Positions 41,022 to 49,588 of a stretch of DNA of 64,000 bases are shown piece after piece. Origin of the DNA: an uncultured virus (IMG/VR IMGVR_UViG_3300042477_000341) (lineage: Duplodnaviria; Heunggongvirae; Uroviricota; Caudoviricetes); the IMG/VR virus record IMGVR_UViG_3300042477_000341, one strand, 5' to 3'. The position numbers were made by a program, and so were the translations under genes. The notes beneath the pieces are model-generated. The model worked only from the letters and a program-made list of their open reading frames with translations, did not search any database and had not been told where the DNA came from. Within the stretch, counting starts at the first letter, position 1. The number at the start of each line of letters is the position of its first letter.

Positions 41022-41228
41022 ATGGCTACCAAACTATACACAATCGAAAGCCTACTCGTAGGACAAAACTACCGCTCACGCAATCGCCACTTTGCTGGTG
41101 AAATTGTATCCGCTAAGCCTCGCCCTGAAATTTGGTATGGCGATAAAACTGAAGCGTTTCTAATCGAAATTCGCACAGGCGGTCTGCGAAATAAATTCGC
41201 AACTGTTGCCGTAAAGGTTGGTGAATAA
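41022..41228 (+). CDS. hypothetical protein
   Basis: follows promoter 40965 and an AACGAAAG leader. Confidence 0.7.
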   Translation: MATKLYTIESLLVGQNYRSRNRHFAGEIVSAKPRPEIWYGDKTEAFLIEIRTGGLRNKFATVAVKVGE

Positions 41229-41550
41229 ATGATAACTAAAGATTACATTGACCAAACCGAATTCTATTTGGTAAAAGATGAGCAACACTTTTGCTGTGAT
41301 GAAAGTCAATTCCGCTATGTGTGTAAAGCACACGGCGAGCAAATGGATTGCTACTTTTGCGGATTTGATTATGACCAAGATTGCGAGGAACAACACTAAT
41401 GATAAATTCAGTAATGACTTTCCCTTGTGATGAATGTGATGGTTCAGGTCTTATCTTTTGGGGTAATGACCTTGACTATGATGTCGAGCCTTGCGATTGC
41501 GCTCTAACTCCAAACTATAACCACTACAACCCAAACGAATAGGAAAACTA

Positions 41551-41754
41551 ATGTATAAAATAACTTGTGCTTATGATAGCAACGCTCCCCACTGGTCTGC
41601 CGAATACGAAAGCGAATTTGGTGCTTGGGAAAACTTTTTCAAATTTACCGATTGGGGATTTGCTGATGAATACTCAACTGTAAATATTTACACGCCAACA
41701 GGCAAATGCTATACAAAAGTTTTCTACAGAACAGGAATGGTATCAGTTAAATGA
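41551..41754 (+). CDS. hypothetical protein
   Basis: ORF track. Confidence 0.6.
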   Translation: MYKITCAYDSNAPHWSAEYESEFGAWENFFKFTDWGFADEYSTVNIYTPTGKCYTKVFYRTGMVSVK

Positions 41755-41942
41755 TGACACGCAAAGATTATGTCGCAACGGCAGAAATTCTAAAGTATGC
41801 TAGCAATAAAATTCACCCCGCTGTTTTTTCTAAAATCGTAAATGATTTCGCTGAAATGTTTGCGGTTGATAATGAAAGATTTGATGTAAAACGATTTCAC
41901 GAAGCGAGTGGGTATAATGTTCCTAACTTCACTTCAAGATAA
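41751..41942 (+). CDS. hypothetical protein
   Basis: MTRKDY...DNERFD..RF..A small phage protein pattern. Confidence 0.65.
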   Translation: MMTRKDYVATAEILKYASNKIHPAVFSKIVNDFAEMFAVDNERFDVKRFHEASGYNVPNFTSR

Positions 41943-42188
41943 AGTTAAACGAATTCAGGAATTGCGTCGCAGTAATGCGGCGCAACCTGTTCGTAATAAA
42001 AAAAAATACACACGCAAAATAAAACATAAAAATAAATTTGATCAATAGCCCGCAGCTTGGCCCCCAAAGGCACGGGGTCGGGCGTGTCGTTACGGCTGTG
42101 ATCAAAATCACCCTGGAAAGCTGGGCCAAGATTGGAATATGTCGGTCCATTCTGCTATACTTGCCATTCAACCAACGATTGAGGTCCA

Positions 42189-42908
42189 ATGAAACTAAAA
42201 CGCTCTAACGATAGAAAGGTGGCTAACCTTGTCACAAAAAATGGAAAGCAAGCCGCAATTGCGAACACGTTCGGGCTCCCTGCAGGAAAGAATTATTCAT
42301 GCCCTGGTGCCACTAGTATTTGTGAGAGTGTTTGCTACGCAGGAAAACTCGAAAAGTTATTCCCTGGAGTAAAAACTAATCTGCTACACAATTGGGAATT
42401 GCTACGCAATGCCGATATGGAAACAATGTATCAATTGCTAAATGAAATGATTATTGATTTCAAGGCTGATTGTGTAAAGAAAGACGCCCCTATGTTATTC
42501 CGTATCCACTGGGACGGGGATTTCTTCAATGATTTCTATACTTATGCCTGGAAGAATGTAATCAATGAGCACACCGATGTTCAATTCTGGGTTTACACAC
42601 GTGTAAAGTCTGCAGCGCTTATTCTAAAGGATGTTCCTAATCTATCTCTTTACTATTCCACCGATGATGATAATAAGGAAATCGGTCACGAACTAAAAGT
42701 AAATGAGGGAATTCGTCTTGCCTACCTAGGGAAGACATTCGCCGTGACTGAAAGCACAATGAAAGAATTGACGGGCAAGCCTGGTGCTAAGTGTCCTGAG
42801 AATATGAAATCAATTCCACTTATCTCTTCTGCAGGGTCCGCCTGCGTATCGTGTGGATTGTGTGTTTATGGTAAAGCGGATATAAGATTTTCTGCGAGTA
42901 AAAAATAA
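42189..42908 (+). CDS. GP88-like protein (Cys-rich, radical-SAM-like)
   Basis: FGLPAG..SCPGA...C...CYA; FRIHWDGDF; FWVYTR; C-terminal CP...CVSCGLC. Confidence 0.75.
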   Translation: MKLKRSNDRKVANLVTKNGKQAAIANTFGLPAGKNYSCPGATSICESVCYAGKLEKLFPGVKTNLLHNWELLRNADMETMYQLLNEMIIDFKADCVKKDAPMLFRIHWDGDFFNDFYTYAWKNVINEHTDVQFWVYTRVKSAALILKDVPNLSLYYSTDDDNKEIGHELKVNEGIRLAYLGKTFAVTESTMKELTGKPGAKCPENMKSIPLISSAGSACVSCGLCVYGKADIRFSASKK

Positions 42909-43251
42909 ATGTATGACGTGATCGGATCTGTAATTGGAATTATATTAATTGCATTCTTGTGCTCACCACTTGTGCTAGCGGTGTACATGTGGCGTGGGGC
43001 CAAGATTGATAGTGATAATGACGGTAAAGATGATGTGCCCTATCGTTGGGAGAAACAATAACGGCGTGTCGAGTTGACAATTGTCAGCTCGGCCCCTATA
43101 TGTAGGGGGGTTATCCACAGGCTTACGAGAGTTATCCACAACCCCTGAAATTGTGAGGTTAATCACAAAAGCTGCGACACGCCGAGGATGGATTAGGTAA
43201 TGTCAGTGCCATACGCTATAATTGCTACTATCCAACAACGAAAGGCTACAA

Positions 43252-43476
43252 ATGTCTAATCTAATGAAAGTTCCACACACAGTTGTATTCGAGGCAATTA
43301 TTGACTTGGATAAAATTCCTGCAAGTTTATTGCCTGCGCTAATTGCGCTTGATAAAAGTTCAATTGAACAAATGTGCAAGGAAGCAACACTACACGCACT
43401 TGGTATGTCTAATGTATTACCACTTGCAAATGATAACAACACTTGGGCTGAAGTAACTATCAAAGGAGATAACTAA
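43252..43476 (+). CDS. hypothetical protein
   Basis: start corrected to MSNLMK after AACGAAAGG. Confidence 0.65.
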   Translation: MSNLMKVPHTVVFEAIIDLDKIPASLLPALIALDKSSIEQMCKEATLHALGMSNVLPLANDNNTWAEVTIKGDN

Positions 43477-43478
43477 TA

Positions 43479-43742
43479 ATGGGATACAACACTGCGCTTG
43501 ATTTTGCAGAATTAGATTTAGAACAAGGTATTGCTATGCACTTACAAGGTAATCATTACCCGCCCGTTCCACTATCTATGGTCGAGCCTTGCATCGAGGC
43601 TATTGACGCCTATTGGGAAAATGACTACAACCGACAGATCGAAATGCCTGAAGGCGTATTCTATCGAGGCGAAAGGTTTGCCCCTGCATCGGCTATTGTC
43701 GAACAGCACCACTTAGACGCTTGGCTACAAGAAAGTGACTAA
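43479..43742 (+). CDS. hypothetical protein
   Basis: HLQGNHYPPVP...HHLDAW. Confidence 0.7.
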   Translation: MGYNTALDFAELDLEQGIAMHLQGNHYPPVPLSMVEPCIEAIDAYWENDYNRQIEMPEGVFYRGERFAPASAIVEQHHLDAWLQESD

Positions 43743-43836
43743 GGTCACACAATAAGTTTCTCAAATACTGAGATAGGGCTAGACAAATGTCAGACCCCAA
43801 TGTTATACTTACCACCTACACAGAAAAGAGGCAAAA

Positions 43837-44019
43837 ATGACAATCAACGACAAGTTGTATCAGGTTGGCGATTTATTCACCACCCTAAAGTCAAAAAAGA
43901 CGGGCGTTATCAAAGAGATACACCCACAAGCATCTGGCTCGGTGCGTGTCTTGCTAGAAATGCCTAGCAAAGAAACTCGCTGGACTTCAGTATCTGCTAA
44001 AACACTTCTAGGCGCATAA
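43837..44019 (+). CDS. small SH3-like hypothetical protein
   Basis: YQVGDLF...TGVIKEI; follows promoter 43788. Confidence 0.6.
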   Translation: MTINDKLYQVGDLFTTLKSKKTGVIKEIHPQASGSVRVLLEMPSKETRWTSVSAKTLLGA

Positions 44020-44148
44020 CCTAGAACGAAACAGGGACAGTTTAGAGAGTGTTCTAGTCCAATGTCGTAAGTAAGAACTCTCCACCTTCGGGTGGAAATG
44101 TCAGACCCCCCTGCTATACTAATCAACCAACCAACGAAAGGAAATACA

Positions 44149-44565
44149 ATGAGCAGACAAATCACAGTAAAGGTAGCAACAAGCAAAGTAATCAAAGCAC
44201 TAGAGGCTCGTCTAGCAACACTAGAAAGCGATTACAGCACACAGACCGCAAAGGAAGCAAAGTTCGGCAAAGCGCAAGAAGCGTGGCGCAAGGAAATCGG
44301 TAAGTGGGCTATTGCCAACTTCTCAAAGGCTGAGAACCTTCGCACAAACTATCGTCAATGGAACAACACTCTCAATGTTGATTTTGACATCATCACAAAA
44401 GATGGAAGTTTTCCTGCTGAACCTGAAAAGGATTTTGAGGTTATCCATCAGCACCAGTATCGTGAGATGAAAGAGGACATTACAAATGCTCTCACAATTC
44501 TCAAGATGACAGATGAGGAAACAGTAAATGCTTCTACAATGAAGCAGATTGCTAAGTATCTCTAA
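44149..44565 (+). CDS. hypothetical coiled-coil protein
   Basis: start corrected to MSRQIT after AACGAAAGG. Confidence 0.7.
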   Translation: MSRQITVKVATSKVIKALEARLATLESDYSTQTAKEAKFGKAQEAWRKEIGKWAIANFSKAENLRTNYRQWNNTLNVDFDIITKDGSFPAEPEKDFEVIHQHQYREMKEDITNALTILKMTDEETVNASTMKQIAKYL

Positions 44566-44633
44566 ATAATCCAACGACCTGAGTATGTCGCCAAACTGCT
44601 CTCCTTCGGGAAACTACTAACAAAGGCAATACA

Positions 44634-44894
44634 ATGGCAAATCGTTATCGTGTTGAAATCTATGACGCAAACAAACTCAATGATGTAACAATTTATTCTG
44701 AGCAAGGTGTTGATAAGGAATACCTAACTGAATTAGTTTTTAGTAATCTAAATAAATTCAGCGGCAAAATAAATGCTTACGTTTTTGATAACGTAAAGAA
44801 AAAGAAGACAACCGCAATGTTCTTAGATGAATCTATTGTGAACTTCAATAAACAATTACTAAGCAAGGCTACAAGGATCGAATTCGGGAGTTAA
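44634..44894 (+). CDS. hypothetical protein
   Basis: ORF track. Confidence 0.6.
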   Translation: MANRYRVEIYDANKLNDVTIYSEQGVDKEYLTELVFSNLNKFSGKINAYVFDNVKKKKTTAMFLDESIVNFNKQLLSKATRIEFGS

Positions 44895-45074
44895 TCCTGA
44901 GCTCGGCCCCCAATAGGGAGGGGTTATCCACAGCGTTACGGCCACCTGTGGATAAGCCCTGAAATTCTGTGAGATTAATCACACTGATCAATTCGGACAT
45001 ATTGTAACTAATCCTAGACAATGTCAGTGGGGTCTGTTATACTTACAACTAATCAAACGAAAGGTAAAAAATAT

Positions 45075-46082
45075 ATGGCTCACAATCTAGAAATGGAAAA
45101 CGGCGAAGTTGCTTTCGCTCTCCGTGGCGCACCTGCTTGGCACAACCTAGCAAATCGCATCTTTACAAAAGATGAGGAAGTTACAACTGCAACAATGCTT
45201 GAAGAAGCAAAGTTAGCAAATTGGAATGTTCGCTTATCTCCACTCACCGACCACATTTCAGAATCTTGGAATGATGTATCTCAGGCTCAGTTGGTTATTC
45301 GTGATAACCCATTCAATAAGGGAACTGATGTTCTTGCAACTGTTGGCAAGCGTTACAAGCCAGTTCAGAATGAGGAACTATTTGCATTTGCCGATGCAAT
45401 TCACGATGCCAATGCTGATTGCCGTTGGGAATCTGCTGGCTCACTAAAGAAGGGCAAAGTCGTGTTCGGAACTGTAGATATTCCACGCACAATGGTTCTT
45501 GACCCACAAGGCGCTAACGATGAGACAAAACTTTATCTCATTGTATGGACTTCACACGATGGTTCTGTTGCCGTTCAAGCAGCGGTTACTCCTGTTCGTG
45601 TTGTCTGCCAAAATACATTGAACCTTGCAATGCGTAATGCAAAGCAATCATTCAAGATTCGTCATACACAATCTGTTGATGGTCGTATTCAAGTTGCTCG
45701 TGAAACTCTTGGGCTTGCTCTCGGTTACTTCGATGAATTCGAAACTGAAGCAAAGGCACTTTACTCTCAGGCAATTACTGATGCTGAATTCTCTAAGTTG
45801 ATTCAGACAATCTATCCTAAGCCAGATAAGGATTCTGCTAAGGTTGCATTGACTAAGTGGGAGAATAAGGTTGTATTGCTTGATGACCTTTACCACAATT
45901 CACCAACTAACGCTAACATCAAGGGAACTAAGTGGGGTGCTTTCAATGCACTTACTGAGCGCCTTGACTATTATCGTTCAGGTCGTGGCAATTCTGAAAC
46001 ACTAATGGCTGGTGCATCAGGCTTTGACCCAATTCTAACTGCTGAGAAAAACAAAATCAAGAAATTGGTTTCTGCTTTCTAA
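45075..46082 (+). CDS. DUF932 / TIGR03299-like phage-plasmid protein
   Basis: MAH...PAWH, YKPVQN, SAGSL, SHDGS, TPVRVVCQNTL, IRHT, GTKWGAFNA.TE; start corrected. Confidence 0.85.
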   Translation: MAHNLEMENGEVAFALRGAPAWHNLANRIFTKDEEVTTATMLEEAKLANWNVRLSPLTDHISESWNDVSQAQLVIRDNPFNKGTDVLATVGKRYKPVQNEELFAFADAIHDANADCRWESAGSLKKGKVVFGTVDIPRTMVLDPQGANDETKLYLIVWTSHDGSVAVQAAVTPVRVVCQNTLNLAMRNAKQSFKIRHTQSVDGRIQVARETLGLALGYFDEFETEAKALYSQAITDAEFSKLIQTIYPKPDKDSAKVALTKWENKVVLLDDLYHNSPTNANIKGTKWGAFNALTERLDYYRSGRGNSETLMAGASGFDPILTAEKNKIKKLVSAF

Positions 46083-46129
46083 ATAAATAAATCCTGAGCA
46101 AGATTTAAAACTGCTCACAATTTTTTCTT

Positions 46130-46203
46130 GATCCATTAGCTCAGTTGGTTAGAGCGCTACCCTGTCACGGTAGAGGCCGACGGTTCAAGTCCGTTATGGA
46201 TCG
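46130..46203 (+). tRNA. tRNA-Asp(GTC)
   Basis: acceptor GATCCAT/ATGGATC, D arm AGCTCAGTTGGTTAGAGC, anticodon arm CTACC-CTGTCAC-GGTAG, T loop TTCAAGT. Confidence 0.92.
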
Positions 46204-46308
46204 CAAAGCGCCCGCAATGTTAAGGGAAGTAAAAATGTGTTACGACTCACATAAAAAAAGCCCTGAAAACTATTGCACATGTCAGTGGGGTCGTGTATAA
46301 TTCTCGGC

Positions 46309-46968
46309 ATGACAAAGTATCAGAAGTATACCTGGGTGTGCACAAGCGATTGTGATGCCTTAATTGAATATACCTTTAAAGATGGCTATGGATGGCCAAA
46401 CGGTGTGATGGACCTCACATGCAGATGTGGGACCAGTTGCACATTATTGTCAGTGGAAGATGCTACAATACCGTATACAGATACACCCCTAACGAAAGAG
46501 GAACCAATGGAAACAACAGAAACATCAGCAGTAACAATTCCTGATACATACAATCCTAACTTATTGGTTACATACAAAGTAATCCGTGGTTATTCAGATG
46601 CAGAATATGCAACTGACAAAGTCTCATCAATTGAATGGGACCTTCATAACTCTAGAACTAATTCTAAAACAATTCACGTTTTAAATTCTAAGATTGACAC
46701 AGTCAAGGATATTATCACTGAGGCATATGCCGATTCAGATGACCAAGATACACTTCGTGCAATTGCTGAAGCGCTTGGCATTGAACTAGTTCGAGAAGTT
46801 CTATTTACTGCAACTCTTGAAGTTAGCGGAACATATTCATACAATGTATTAGATTCAGATTATGAATTGGACCTTGATTCAGAAGTCACAGATGCTCTTT
46901 ACGCCGATTCAAATAACGGTAACATCACAATTGATGACACCGAAGTTTGCCACGTAAGGGAAGCATAA
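46309..46968 (+). CDS. hypothetical protein; probable leaderless long form and internal start at 46507
   Basis: ATG 8 nt after TATAAT; second promoter (46448) plus AACGAAAGAGG before in-frame ATG 46507. Confidence 0.65.
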   Translation: MTKYQKYTWVCTSDCDALIEYTFKDGYGWPNGVMDLTCRCGTSCTLLSVEDATIPYTDTPLTKEEPMETTETSAVTIPDTYNPNLLVTYKVIRGYSDAEYATDKVSSIEWDLHNSRTNSKTIHVLNSKIDTVKDIITEAYADSDDQDTLRAIAEALGIELVREVLFTATLEVSGTYSYNVLDSDYELDLDSEVTDALYADSNNGNITIDDTEVCHVREA

Positions 46969-47180
46969 TGTATTTTGAGTTGACTGCTCCCGATAGGCTA
47001 TCTCTTGAGATGGCTTATTGGGATGCACAAATCACTGGACTCGACCCTGAGTTTATGCCACCGTTGACATTCAATGTCGGAACTGGTAGTATTGAGAAAG
47101 TAAGTCGCATTCGTGACAAGTATAATTTATCAGAATCATATTGGTCAGATAGAGAAGCGACAGGATATAAGGAGAAATAA
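46968..47180 (+). CDS. hypothetical protein
   Basis: MYFELTAPD...; coupled start. Confidence 0.6.
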   Translation: MYFELTAPDRLSLEMAYWDAQITGLDPEFMPPLTFNVGTGSIEKVSRIRDKYNLSESYWSDREATGYKEK

Positions 47181-47322
47181 TGTCAGATTACAAAGATGGT
47201 TTTGAAGACGGGTATAAGTTTGCTCGTGAAGAGATGATGGAGAAGTTGGCAGAGATTGATATCGCTGACATCGACTCTTGGATTCTTGACCGTCTTTCCG
47301 AAATGATTGAAGGTGGAACATT

Positions 47323-47532
47323 ATGACAACTGAGGATCTAACTAGATGGATTGGCTGTGATCAATGTGGTACAGCTCAAGCAAAGTATGTAGTTAAACTA
47401 GTAGAAGGCGAGCTTTTCTTCTGCGGGCACCACTACAATGCAAGCAAGGCAGGCCTTGACAAGGTCGCATACGAAGTGATAGAATTAAATAAAACGGAAG
47501 AAGCAATACCTATACTAGAAACGGCGGAATAA
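47323..47532 (+). CDS. small zinc-binding protein
   Basis: CDQC...LFFCGHH. Confidence 0.7.
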   Translation: MTTEDLTRWIGCDQCGTAQAKYVVKLVEGELFFCGHHYNASKAGLDKVAYEVIELNKTEEAIPILETAE

Positions 47533-47533
47533 A

Positions 47534-47902
47534 ATGGGCGACAGAGCAAACTTTGGATTTAAAGATTCTAAGGGCGATGTACTATATCTATACGGACACT
47601 GGGCTGGACATCGCATGCTAGAGAATTTAGCAAATGCTGTAGAGCAGGCACGTCCTAGGTGGAGCGACCACTCATATGCAACACGTATATGCATTAGCCA
47701 ATTGATAAATGAGGAATGGCCTAGCGAAACTGGATGGGGCCTCTACATCAATCAATTAGGCGATAATGAGCACAAGGTACCTGTAATTAACTGGGCCGCT
47801 AAAACGTTTACCCTCATGGAAGAGGACCTGCAGGCAGAAGTCTTCAGTCAATCGCTGGATGCATTTGTCTCAAAGTATTCCAGTCAACCAAGTATGGTAT
47901 AA
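47534..47902 (+). CDS. hypothetical protein
   Basis: MGDRA...LYLYGHWAG...RWSD.SYATRI. Confidence 0.7.
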   Translation: MGDRANFGFKDSKGDVLYLYGHWAGHRMLENLANAVEQARPRWSDHSYATRICISQLINEEWPSETGWGLYINQLGDNEHKVPVINWAAKTFTLMEEDLQAEVFSQSLDAFVSKYSSQPSMV

Positions 47903-48025
47903 TTAATCCAAGGACCTTGGTCCTGGTTTTAATATAGAAATGAAATGGTGCATCTATTAGTCTACGGGCCAGGTGCTAAGTAAAGCGGTTTATTTCTTTC
48001 GTTGGAAATCAGCAGCCATATTCAT

Positions 48026-48056
48026 ACCCCCAGCTTATAGCTGGGGGTTTTCTTTT
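48026..48056 (+). terminator. intrinsic terminator
   Basis: ACCCCCAGC-TTATA-GCTGGGGGT followed by TTTCTTTT. Confidence 0.8.
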
Positions 48057-48231
48057 GCCCACAAAGACATGAGGGTATCATATCTCTTTTACGAGGTCAA
48101 TATGAAAACTCCTGAAATTCTGTGATCTTGACCACATTCTGAATAAAATGTGGTGTGACTCACACCCAAATAGTATTCCAATTGTCAGTGGTCCAATGTA
48201 TAATTATCACATATCAACGAAAGGATATAAA

Positions 48232-49023
48232 ATGCCAAATTGGTGTTATAACACATTAACTATCCAAGGACCTAAGTCTGAGGTAGATATGATTAAAGAT
48301 AGATTGAATAAGCCATTTGTATTAGCACAAGAGACATATGGTATGGGTGATATTAGTCTTTCAGGTTTCCCCACCAAAATTGAATTAGTTGAATATAATA
48401 ATCCTGTCTTTGCTTTCCACAATATCCACTCATATAAGGATGACGGAATTACTGATGAGGAATATGCTTGCCAACCTAATCGTGGTGATATAGATATTCA
48501 GAATGACCCTGATTGGTTCCGCAAATCTGTTGAGTTTGCTAAGACTCAAAAGGATTGGTATTCTTGGAATAATTCTAATTGGGGAACCAAATGGGATGTA
48601 GCCGTCCGTGACGGTGATAAATATCCAAATACAGAATTGCTTGAATATAAATCAGAAGGTGATGACAATTGGGTTGTCTATAAGTATGAGACTGCTTGGT
48701 CACCTGCTGTAACTATCTTAACTAAACTAAGTAATCTTGTTCCTAACTGCCTGCTCACATTAGAGTTTGAGGAAGAAACAGGTTGGGGTGGAGAATATGA
48801 GATTGTCCGTGGTGAAGTAAAGGAAATCTTGGAATATGAAAACCGTTGCTATGCTTGCCAGTCTTTTGATTGTGTTGAGTATTGCGAAGATGACTGCGGT
48901 GAATTCTGCTCAGAATGTAATCAAGGTTCTTGGCAGGATGAAAAGGCTATGGCAGAATGTCAGACCCATAGTGTATTATTACCTTTGAAAACCTACACAC
49001 AGGAGGAAGCGCTAAATGGCTAG
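48232..49023 (+). CDS. YubB/DUF1281-like ferredoxin-fold protein
   Basis: MPNWCYNTL, WYSWN..NWGTKWD, YETAWSP; start corrected. Confidence 0.8.
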   Translation: MPNWCYNTLTIQGPKSEVDMIKDRLNKPFVLAQETYGMGDISLSGFPTKIELVEYNNPVFAFHNIHSYKDDGITDEEYACQPNRGDIDIQNDPDWFRKSVEFAKTQKDWYSWNNSNWGTKWDVAVRDGDKYPNTELLEYKSEGDDNWVVYKYETAWSPAVTILTKLSNLVPNCLLTLEFEEETGWGGEYEIVRGEVKEILEYENRCYACQSFDCVEYCEDDCGEFCSECNQGSWQDEKAMAECQTHSVLLPLKTYTQEEALNG

Positions 49024-49234
49024 TTTCTTAGAAGATGTAAATCAAATGGTAATTGACGCTGTATATCAAGATATAGCAGAACAATTACTAGAGGACTGGA
49101 TTAATAATAATCTAGATGAAGGCCAGTACTATGCAGATAAACAATTTGCAGAAATGTCAGGAGATGAATTTATATATGGTGAATTCAATAAGTTCTATAA
49201 TCTAAAAGAGGGAGATGAGGATTACCTATGTTAG
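49016..49234 (+). CDS. acidic hypothetical protein
   Basis: ORF track; GGAGG RBS. Confidence 0.6.
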   Translation: MASFLEDVNQMVIDAVYQDIAEQLLEDWINNNLDEGQYYADKQFAEMSGDEFIYGEFNKFYNLKEGDEDYLC

Positions 49235-49410
49235 GCTACACTGAATCCGATCTAAATAGAATGATTAATGCTATACACGATTCAAAGCTTTTCTATCTTA
49301 GGACCCCGTCCGATTTAATGGACAAGGAGCCTTTGAGGAAAGACTTGGAAGACGCTGTTAGTTTCTTGCAAGGTCTGTGGGCGGAGGGTTACTTTGACTA
49401 CACAAACTAA
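49228..49410 (+). CDS. hypothetical protein
   Basis: MLGYTE...FLQGLWAEGYFD. Confidence 0.6.
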   Translation: MLGYTESDLNRMINAIHDSKLFYLRTPSDLMDKEPLRKDLEDAVSFLQGLWAEGYFDYTN

Positions 49411-49588
49411 GTCTAGTAAATTCATAGAGTATATGAAGATACATCTAATTAGTCTTAACCAGGACTTGGATAAAGACTTGAATGTTCAATCTAAGATTAA
49501 TATCCAGGGACAAATTATGGCAACCGAACATTTATTGTCAGTGGCTACTGATATAATGAATGACAACCTACAAGGAAAGGGATATTAA
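49394..49588 (+). CDS. hypothetical protein
   Basis: ORF track; GGAGG upstream. Confidence 0.55.
   Translation: MTTQTKSSKFIEYMKIHLISLNQDLDKDLNVQSKINIQGQIMATEHLLSVATDIMNDNLQGKGY

Larger units (their letters stand above)
39991..43096 (+). repeat. dispersed intergenic repeat of about 64 bp
   Basis: CGGCGTGTCGGCTTGACAAAGTCAAGCTGGCCCGCAARGGCACGGGGTCGGGCGTGTCGTTACG at 39991-40054 and 40772-40835; partial copies at about 42054-42094 and 43061-43096. Confidence 0.9.
38926..48164. promoter_or_regulatory. 11 CRP/GlxR-type palindromes TGTGA-N6-TCACA
   Basis: perfect at 38926, 39201, 40081, 40901, 43152, 44968; one mismatch at 42097, 43734, 46236, 48121, 48149. Confidence 0.8.
38980..49557 (+). promoter_or_regulatory. 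14 PafBC/RecA-NDp-type promoters TGTCRG-N10-TAnnnT
   Basis: Exact matches start at 38980, 39245, 40136, 40263, 40965, 42140, 43201, 43788, 44099, 45022, 46280, 46448, 48183, 49536; all on the plus strand and upstream of start codons. Confidence 0.85.

Noticed and set aside
39991..42094. Repeats as a CRISPR array
   Set aside because: Copies are hundreds of bases apart and separated by genes; no regular spacers and no cas genes in the window.
43082..43103. TGTCAG as another PafBC-type promoter
   Set aside because: No TAnnnT at 10-nt spacing; part of the TTGACAATTGTCAG palindrome. TGTCAG at 47181 and 49155 also fail the -10 test.
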